This document shows, piece by piece, positions 37,726 through 43,585 of a stretch of 43,585 nucleotides of DNA; positions within the stretch are counted from its first letter, which is position 1; each line of letters starts with the position of its first letter. The notes under the pieces were generated by a model. The model was not told the DNA's origin and searched no databases. It saw nothing but the letters and a program-made list of their open reading frames with translations. The DNA is from Octopus bimaculoides (lineage: Eukaryota): NCBI RefSeq assembly GCF_001194135.2, contig NC_068983.1:31021526-31065110 (forward strand), given 5' to 3'. Made by a program: the position numbers and the translations under genes.

Positions 37726-38570
37726 NNNNNNNNNNNNNNNNNNNNNNNNNNNNNNNNNNNNNNNNNNNNNNNNNNNNNNNNNNNNNNNNNNNNNNNNNNN
37801 NNNNNNNNNNNNNNNNNNNNNNNNNNNNNNNNNNNNNNNNNNNNNNNNNNNNNNNNNNNNNNNNNNNNNNNNNNNNNNNNNNNNNNNNNNNNNNNNNNNN
37901 NNNNNNNNNNNNNNNNNNNNNNNNNNNNNNNNNNNNNNNNNNNNNNNNNNNNNNNNNNNNNNNNNNNNNNNNNNNNNNNNNNNNNNNNNNNNNNNNNNNN
38001 NNNNNNNNNNNNNNNNNNNNNNNNNNNNNNNNNNNNNNNNNNNNNNNNNNNNNNNNNNNNNNNNNNNNNNNNNNNNNNNNNNNNNNNNNNNNNNNNNNNN
38101 NNNNNNNNNNNNNNNNNNNNNNNNNNNNNNNNNNNNNNNNNNNNNNNNNNNNNNNNNNNNNNNNNNNNNNNNNNNNNNNNNNNNNNNNNNNNNNNNNNNN
38201 NNNNNNNNNNNNNNNNNNNNNNNNNNNNNNNNNNNNNNNNNNNNNNNNNNNNNNNNNNNNNNNNNNNNNNNNNNNNNNNNNNNNNNNNNNNNNNNNNNNN
38301 NNNNNNNNNNNNNNNNNNNNNNNNNNNNNNNNNNNNNNNNNNNNNNNNNNNNNNNNNNNNNNNNNNNNNNNNNNNNNNNNNNNNNNNNNNNNNNNNNNNN
38401 NNNNNNNNNNNNNNNNNNNNNNNNNNNNNNNNNNNNNNNNNNNNNNNNNNNNNNNNNNNNNNNNNNNNNNNNNNNNNNNNNNNNNNNNNNNNNNATTGAA
38501 TGTTTACATTTCTTCTTTTACAGTTGAATGGTACAGAGAGAACACCAACAACTGGACTTGGCAAAGCTAA
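14336..38570 (+). CDS. TGDS: TGDS orthologue (dTDP/UDP-glucose 4,6-dehydratase), 11 coding exons, 328 aa
   Basis: Exons 14336-14379, 16695-16761, 16914-16982, 18039-18129, 25241-25383, 26667-26765, 28855-28914, 30813-30856, 33118-33283, 34319-34475 and 38524-38570 sum to 987 nt and join in frame at GT-AG. The protein has [61 protein letters not shown] and IEWY, colinear with TGDS/RmlB. Confidence 0.95.
14990..16410 (+). mobile_element. Old 5'-truncated Tx1/L1-type LINE in the first coding intron of TGDS
   Basis: Frameshifted pieces [43 protein letters not shown] and [10 protein letters not shown] (zf-RVT-like), in ORF2 order. Confidence 0.85.
16695..16761 (+). CDS. TGDS: TGDS coding exon 2 ([22 protein letters not shown])
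   Basis: ttctgtAG acceptor, AAA|GTAAGA donor, 67 nt, phase matches exon 1. Confidence 0.95.
16914..16982 (+). CDS. TGDS: TGDS coding exon 3 ([23 protein letters not shown])
   Basis: tttttacAG acceptor, GCG|GTAAGT donor, 69 nt. Confidence 0.95.
18039..18129 (+). CDS. TGDS: TGDS coding exon 4 (GDICD...HLAAESHV)
   Basis: tgtttcAG acceptor, TTG|GTAAGT donor, 91 nt. Confidence 0.96.
18223..18599 (+). mobile_element. Full-length tRNA-derived SINE, family D, with perfect 14 bp TSD
   Basis: A box TGGTCCAGTGG, B box GGTTTCGATTCC, (CAA)n tail. ctattctgtggacc at 18209-18222 and 18600-18613. Confidence 0.9.
19970..22920 (+). mobile_element. Ty3/Gypsy LTR retrotransposon pol, decayed
   Basis: PR (FLVDTGA), RT ([20 protein letters not shown]), RNase H ([19 protein letters not shown]), integrase ([26 protein letters not shown]) in Gypsy order. 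Many stops and frameshifts. Confidence 0.92.
25241..25383 (+). CDS. TGDS: TGDS coding exon 5 (DLSF...STDEIYGG; catalytic TDE)
   Basis: tttttcAG acceptor, GAA|GTGAGT donor, 143 nt. Confidence 0.96.
26667..26765 (+). CDS. TGDS: TGDS coding exon 6 ([13 protein letters not shown]; YxxxK)
   Basis: tacaAG acceptor (weak, AAG), AAG|GTAAAA donor, 99 nt. Confidence 0.93.
27275..28176 (-). mobile_element. 3' end of an RTE-like LINE with tandem ~62-66 bp subrepeats and (GAT)n tail
   Basis: Minus frame ends VREKTRQAK*; tail ...acgttaaacgatgatgatg; second copy at 29074. Clade assignment is inference. Confidence 0.55.
28855..28914 (+). CDS. TGDS: TGDS coding exon 7 ([20 protein letters not shown])
   Basis: taacAG acceptor, AAG|GTAAGT donor, 60 nt. 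Confidence 0.96.
29074..29485 (-). mobile_element. Second, shorter copy of the 27275 element
   Basis: Shares atcatcgtttaacgtccgctttccatgctagcatg, gagtttctacagctggatg and tcttcgcaagccgagttt. Confidence 0.8.
29848..30270 (+). mobile_element. SINE family A, full length
   Basis: Same head, body and (gtaaaaga)n tail as the 2120 copy. Confidence 0.85.
30323..30360 (+). ncRNA. Degenerate type I hammerhead-like motif
   Basis: aactgt-CTGATGA-tctgttacat-GAAAC-tctgg-GTT-tcagtg; stem I partly paired, stem II poor. Confidence 0.35.
30813..30856 (+). CDS. TGDS: TGDS coding exon 8 ([15 protein letters not shown])
   Basis: aaatAG acceptor, TG|GTTAGT donor, 44 nt. Confidence 0.93.
31340..31770. repeat. Degenerate minisatellite, core agtcatcaggtactgacacagt
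   Basis: gtcatcaggt(ac/gc)t recurs at least six times, with further degenerate units and variable spacers. Confidence 0.7.
33118..33283 (+). CDS. TGDS: TGDS coding exon 9 (TIHGDG...RNF...GEIYNIG)
   Basis: ttttcAG acceptor, AAA|GTAAGT donor, 166 nt. Confidence 0.96.
34319..34475 (+). CDS. TGDS: TGDS coding exon 10 (...YVKDRVFND...[15 protein letters not shown])
   Basis: tttttAG acceptor, CAA|GTGAGT donor, 157 nt. Missed by the ORF track because it has no long ATG frame. Confidence 0.94.
36200..36400 (+). mobile_element. Possible Penelope-like GIY-YIG endonuclease C-terminal remnant
   Basis: [22 protein letters not shown] resembles the LK..G..Y.I.W.I...A segment of PLE endonucleases (from recall); frameshifted. 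Confidence 0.35.
37544..37578 (+). ncRNA. Minimal hammerhead relic (Penelope pLTR type), core mutated
   Basis: GTTT-CTGACGA-A-GAGC-TTT-GCTC-AAAAT-GTA-AAAC. Stems I and II are perfect; cGAAACg reads cAAAATg, two CpG transitions. Confidence 0.55.
38524..38570 (+). CDS. TGDS: TGDS terminal coding exon 11 ([15 protein letters not shown])
   Basis: ttcttttacAG acceptor just after an N gap; phase matches exon 10; TAA ends at 38570. Confidence 0.92.
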
Positions 38571-38696
38571 AATCAAATGGAAACAAATTGAAATTTATGG
38601 TCATTATAAGCTCACTTAGCAGAAGACTGAATTTCAGAAAAGATGAAATAACACCACATATATTATTATTATAATTATTATTATTATTATGATTAC

Positions 38697-38734
<38 letters not shown>

Positions 38735-38736
<2 letters not shown>

Positions 38737-38842
38737 ATTTCTGCCAAGGTCGACTTTCATCCTTTCAGGGTTGATAAATAAATACCAGTGAAACATTGCG
38801 GTTGATATAGTCAACTATCCCCCTCCCCCAAATTTCAGACCT
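38735..38842 (+). mobile_element. SINE family B body fragment between (ATT)n tracts
   Basis: ccaaggtcgactttcatcctttcaggg..gataaat..taccagt...cccccaaatttc matches 12385-12485. Confidence 0.7.
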
Positions 38843-39619
38843 TATTATTATTATTATTATTATTATTAATATTATTATTAAAAATAATAATCTCAACTTT
38901 ATTTTGCTGGAAAGTGTCAGCTGTCCTCAGCCAACAAACTAAGGTGACACTTGTTTACTGACCATACTGCAAGAACTCTGCGGAGGACTCTTGCAGTTCC
39001 AAGCAATGATGATTCCAATCTTTTCATGTCAAGTTGGTAATTGGGGACTGATACTTCCAAGGGCACCAATTGCTTCTGGCATCATGTCTCCTTCATTCAT
39101 TGCCCACAACCTGTGTATTTTCCACTTCAATTCATCATAACTGTTAACTTTTTCTCTTCTCTTCAATCCTGTTGTCACCAGAACATGCTACACATGCTAT
39201 CAGGCATGTTATTTTTTTTTCTATTCTCTTCACTGCAACAATGACAGATTTTCAATGTTTAATTTTATTATCACACTGAATCATTGCATCTCACATGCTT
39301 TTTTGCAATCCTCATTCTCAGGCCTTATTATTATTATTATTATTATTATTTGGTAATGCCACATCTTTGATCTTTCAAGGCCATTATTTCTACAAAGCTC
39401 CAATGGGTCATTCTTACTATTTTGTGATGTCACTTATGTATTCACATTGTGCCAATTTCATATGTTCACTAACACTGCCACACTGTTTCACTCCTCTCAC
39501 CACAAATTTTGCATTTGTTACTCGCAGTTGTTTTATCAGTTCTGCAATTCACATAATTTGTCCCCAATGCTTGTTCTTCTCCTGCACATATAAGTGCTTC
39601 TTTCTCTATCTTCAAGCCA

Positions 39620-39800
39620 TTATTATTATTATTGTTCTGTAGTTTTATTTTTATAACGTGCTTTCACTTCACTACCGAGTGCAGCTCTGTGTGCCTTGGG
39701 TATGTGCTGTGGTTTGCTGTGATGCTCTTATGGTTACTGTATTGACAGTGTTTTGCATAGGATGTGTGCAGTGCCCAGTAATGCAATTTTCTGTATGTTA
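39620..39800 (-). mobile_element. Probable LINE 3' tail with (AAT)n end
   Basis: Minus strand ends ...gtgaaagcacgttataaaaataaaactacagaacaataataataat; family unassigned. Confidence 0.35.
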
Positions 39801-40339
39801 TATATATTTGTAAGTCCTGGTGTTTTTGTTATGTATTTGTCTTCCAGTTGGTAAGAAGTCATGATTCTCCTTTGGCATCAATTTATTCTATTGCTCCTTC
39901 ATGTAATTCTGAAAGGACTTATAAATGTTGACATCCAGTAGCTGTAACTGGGATGTCAGACCACCAGAAATTACTGCCAGCTGTGTGTTTATCCTCTTTG
40001 CTAGCATTTTGATGTTTTCAGATCAGTGAGCATTAAATTAATCCCATAGGAGCAGTGATTTTTTTCATAGCCAGCCACCAAAATGCTTGGACCTCACTTT
40101 TTCCAACCAGACATCTTCTTCATCCTTTTAACACATAGGTCAAAAAACGACATGAATTCCATTTGGTAGTTTTTTTTTTTTTTGTTTTTTTTTATCAGTA
40201 ATTTTCTTTTTCATGAAAATTAACAGAGATGCTAGTCCCATTGGCACAAGCTAGAACTGTTGTAGTGAGTCTTTTGAGTCTATTGGCTTTAACAGTCCCC
40301 GATTTCATCTATTTTTACATTTATACAAGAAAATTCTGT

Positions 40340-40584
40340 TCATTATTTACATTATTTACAATTGACGGATATTTATCCTCATCTTGTTTGTTAACACAAT
40401 GTATTGGTTGATATATCCTCCAGCCTTCATCAGGTGTCTTGGGGAAATTTCAAACCTGATGAAGGCTGGAGGGTATATCAGCTGAAACGTTGTGTTAACA
40501 ACAAACAAGATGAGGACAAATACCCGTCAATTGTAAATAACGTAAATAATGTACATAATTCCTCATCTCTTAAATATAGAACTG
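40340..40584 (+). mobile_element. Penelope-like insertion with inverted arms, hammerhead core and 14 bp TSD
   Basis: Arms 40341-40435 and 40454-40551 are near reverse complements around an 18 nt loop. caagaaaattctgt at 40326-40339 and 40585-40598. CTGATGA at 40456-40462, GAAAC at 40484-40488. Confidence 0.75.
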
Positions 40585-41554
40585 CAAGAAAATTCTGTAT
40601 TCTAAAATTAATAATAAATCTAAGGAAATCTAATATTTTCTCTTCATATTCAGCTGGCATTTTCTGAACTAACTTAATTGCTATTCACAAACTTAAGCCA
40701 TTTTGTTTCATGAAACAAAAATACCAACAAACGGTTCCTTTGAAATCATTCACGTCTGTGTTAGCTGCCGATCTTCTTGCTTCCAAAATGATCCTCTTCA
40801 TAGTCACTGCATATCCCAAGTTACTTTCATCAAATTATCCATGATTCTTTTCTTTTAATTATGGCCATTTTGCTAGTACTCTACAAAGATTATGCTTCTG
40901 TTTACCAACTTTTGTTCAATATTTCCCCCATTGGTGAATCATCTCATTGGGTGATGGTCAAAAGTTTCTCTCTAATTACCTTGTTTCTATGTTCTCTTAC
41001 ATATTTGCACTTCTTCGAGTTTAAATGTGATATTAAATTTACGTCTCTTTGACATACATACACACACACACACACACACATTTATATGCCATAGGAGTTA
41101 ATTTGTAGGACTGAAAATGACTTGTAAGACCACAGAAGGCCTGTTAATGAATGAACAAAATTCACAAAACACAAGTGTGAAAAAATAAAAATTCCTGTTC
41201 ATTGTTCTGAAGCAGAATTTAAAACAAAACCTATTTTATTTACTGAGTAACAGTATTTATAATATTAGATACAATATTAATTAAATCAAATGTTTTACCA
41301 TAAAGAAAACCTAATTCCTATATACTGAAATTAAAATCTTTGTAAAGGGCTGATTTCATTTAACCCTGAGAGAACCATTGTTATGTACTACACAACTATC
41401 ACCATGGCAGATATATGGTAATTTGCAAGGTATATTTTTACAAAAAGTGCTTTCCATTCTCCAAGACGTAGTGGTATAACTACATATATCTGTATGTCTG
41501 TGGGTGTATGTGTGTATATATATGTGTGTATACACACACACACACAAATACATA

Positions 41555-41773
41555 CATGAAGGGATGCTGAAAAGTTCCTGGCTTTGGGTGAAAGACAATA
41601 CAGGAGGATAAGTTAATTATGATTCTATTCATCATATTCCCCTCTCATATTCACATGCTTATTTCAGCAGTCCTTCAGTTTTTCTAAGTCCTGTAAAAGA
41701 ACTCAGAACGTTAGACCTCCAGCCAGGCTTTTCATGATACCCTTAAGGCCTTGAACTTTTCAGCACCCCTGCA
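41555..41773. mobile_element. Mariner-type MITE
   Basis: Termini tgaagggatgctgaaaagttcctggc and ggccttgaacttttcagcacccctgca are imperfect inverted repeats; no coding capacity. Confidence 0.75.
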
Positions 41774-42794
41774 AATATATATATATATATATATATNNNN
41801 NNNNNNNNNNNNNNNNNNNNNNNNNNNNNNNNNNNNNNNNNNNNNNNNNNNNNNNNNNNNNNNNNNNNNNNNNNNNNNNNNNNNNNNNNNNNNNNNNNNN
41901 NNNNNNNNNNNNNNNNNNNNNNNNNNNNNNNNNNNNNNNNNNNNNNNNNNNNNNNNNNNNNNNNNNNNNNNNNNNNNNNNNNNNNNNNNNNNNNNNNNNN
42001 NNNNNNNNNNNNNNNNNNNNNNNNNNNNNNNNNNNNNNNNNNNNNNNNNNNNNNNNNNNNNNNNNNNNNNNNNNNNNNNNNNNNNNNNNNNNNNNNNNNN
42101 NNNNNNNNNNNNNNNNNNNNNNNNNNNNNNNNNNNNNNNNNNNNNNNNNNNNNNNNNNNNNNNNNNNNNNNNNNNNNNNNNNNNNNNNNNNNNNNNNNNN
42201 NNNNNNNNNNNNNNNNNNNNNNNNNNNNNNNNNNNNNNNNNNNNNNNNNNNNNNNNNNNNNNNNNNNNNNNNNNNNNNNNNNNNNNNNNNNNNNNNNNNN
42301 NNNNNNNNNNNNNNNNNNNNNNNNNNNNNNNNNNNNNNNNNNNNNNNNNNNNNNNNNNNNNNNNNNNNNNNNNNNNNNNNNNNNNNNNNNNNNNNNNNNN
42401 NNNNNNNNNNNNNNNNNNNNNNNNNNNNNNNNNNNNNNNNNNNNNNNNNNNNNNNNNNNNNNNNNNNNNNNNNNNNNNNNNNNNNNNNNNNNNNNNNNNN
42501 NNNNNNNNNNNNNNNNNNNNNNNNNNNNNNNNNNNNNNNNNNNNNNNNNNNNNNNNNNNNNNNNNNNNNNNNNNNNNNNNNNNNNNNNNNNNNNNNNNNN
42601 NNNNNNNNNNNNNNNNNNNNNNNNNNNNNNNNNNNNNNNNNNNNNNNNNNNNNNNNNNNNNNNNNNNNNNNNNNNNNNNNNNNNNNNNNNNNNNNNNNNN
42701 NNNNNNNNNNNNNNNNNNNNNNNNNNNNNNNNNNNNNNNNNNNNNNNNNNNNNNNNNNNNNNNNNNNNNNNNNNNNNNNNNNNNNNNNNNNNNN

Positions 42795-42838
<44 letters not shown>

Positions 42839-42924
42839 TCTTAAAAGATAGAGCTCAAAATCGATGCATTGAAGATACTTTATTGTAGCAACAATTATAA
42901 TAGCAGAAACAACCACAATAAGCC

Positions 42925-43490
42925 ACCATCTTTTTAGTGTAGTGATGCTGGATTGCTTCAAGCTCCATTGTTAGCTTGACACTGTGTGATGACCACAGCT
43001 GACAGCAGTAGTCTAGGTGGCTGAGGACAAGGTCTTCCATGACTTCCTGATCTCTTGTCTTGAATGTCCATAGTATCCATCCCACCAGTTGTCTGCAATT
43101 TGCTGCCAACTTGGTAATGTGCATGTGAAATGATGCATTATTACACATACTGATGCCCAGGTCTCTCATTGTTTGTGACTCTGGGATTGCAGTACCTCCA
43201 GGTCCTGTAAATGCTGGTTGTGGAGCCATTTGTGATCTTATAGTGCAGTGCTTGAAATTTCCCAGCATTAAATTGCATATTGTTTTGCTCTGCTCACTTG
43301 TGTATTGCATTTAGGTCATTCTGCAGGTTTACAACATCATTAGGATACTTTATTGCCTGTGATAATTTTGTATCATCAGCATAGCTAGTAACAGTGGCTG
43401 TCTAAGTGATTGTGGGCATGTCTAAGAGGGCTATTATAAATAGTAATGGCCCTAAGACAGTTCCCTGAGGGACACCGCTTGAAATTTGTG
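42925..43490 (-). mobile_element. CR1/L2-group LINE RT fragment
   Basis: SGVPQGTVLGPLLF, SYADDTK, RDLGI, LDYCCQLWS, LEAIQ; stops and frameshifts. Confidence 0.88.
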
Positions 43491-43585
43491 TTATATATAT
43501 TTTCAGGATTAAATAATTTTTACATGTGTGTGTGTGTACATATATATATATGTACATACATATGTATATATATATATGTATATAT

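Noticed and set aside
34856-42961. Long ORFs of 290-409 aa in the track
   Set aside because: Almost entirely X from N gaps plus (TA)n-derived YI repeats. Real sequence could still be hidden in the gaps.

Overview
AT-rich, repeat-dense animal DNA with many N gaps. The SINE families and microsatellite load look octopod/cephalopod (inference). One host gene is supported: a + strand TGDS orthologue (NDP-glucose 4,6-dehydratase, RmlB-like SDR). I assembled it by hand from 11 coding exons between 14336 and 38570 (987 nt, 328 aa, all GT-AG introns, consistent phases, intact GxxGxxG, TDE and YxxxK motifs). The rest is decayed mobile DNA: Tx1/L1-type, CR1-type and RTE-type LINE pieces, a Gypsy pol, Tigger, hAT, mariner and maT transposon remnants, a MITE, and three tRNA-derived SINE families. 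The most interesting unexplained structure is a set of three sense-strand hammerhead-ribozyme-like motifs of the Penelope type. Two are degenerate and intronic. The third keeps its catalytic core and lies in a TSD-flanked ~95 bp fold-back insertion 1.8 kb past the TGDS stop. No CRISPR array, rRNA or true tRNA gene was seen. No database search or folding calculation was run.
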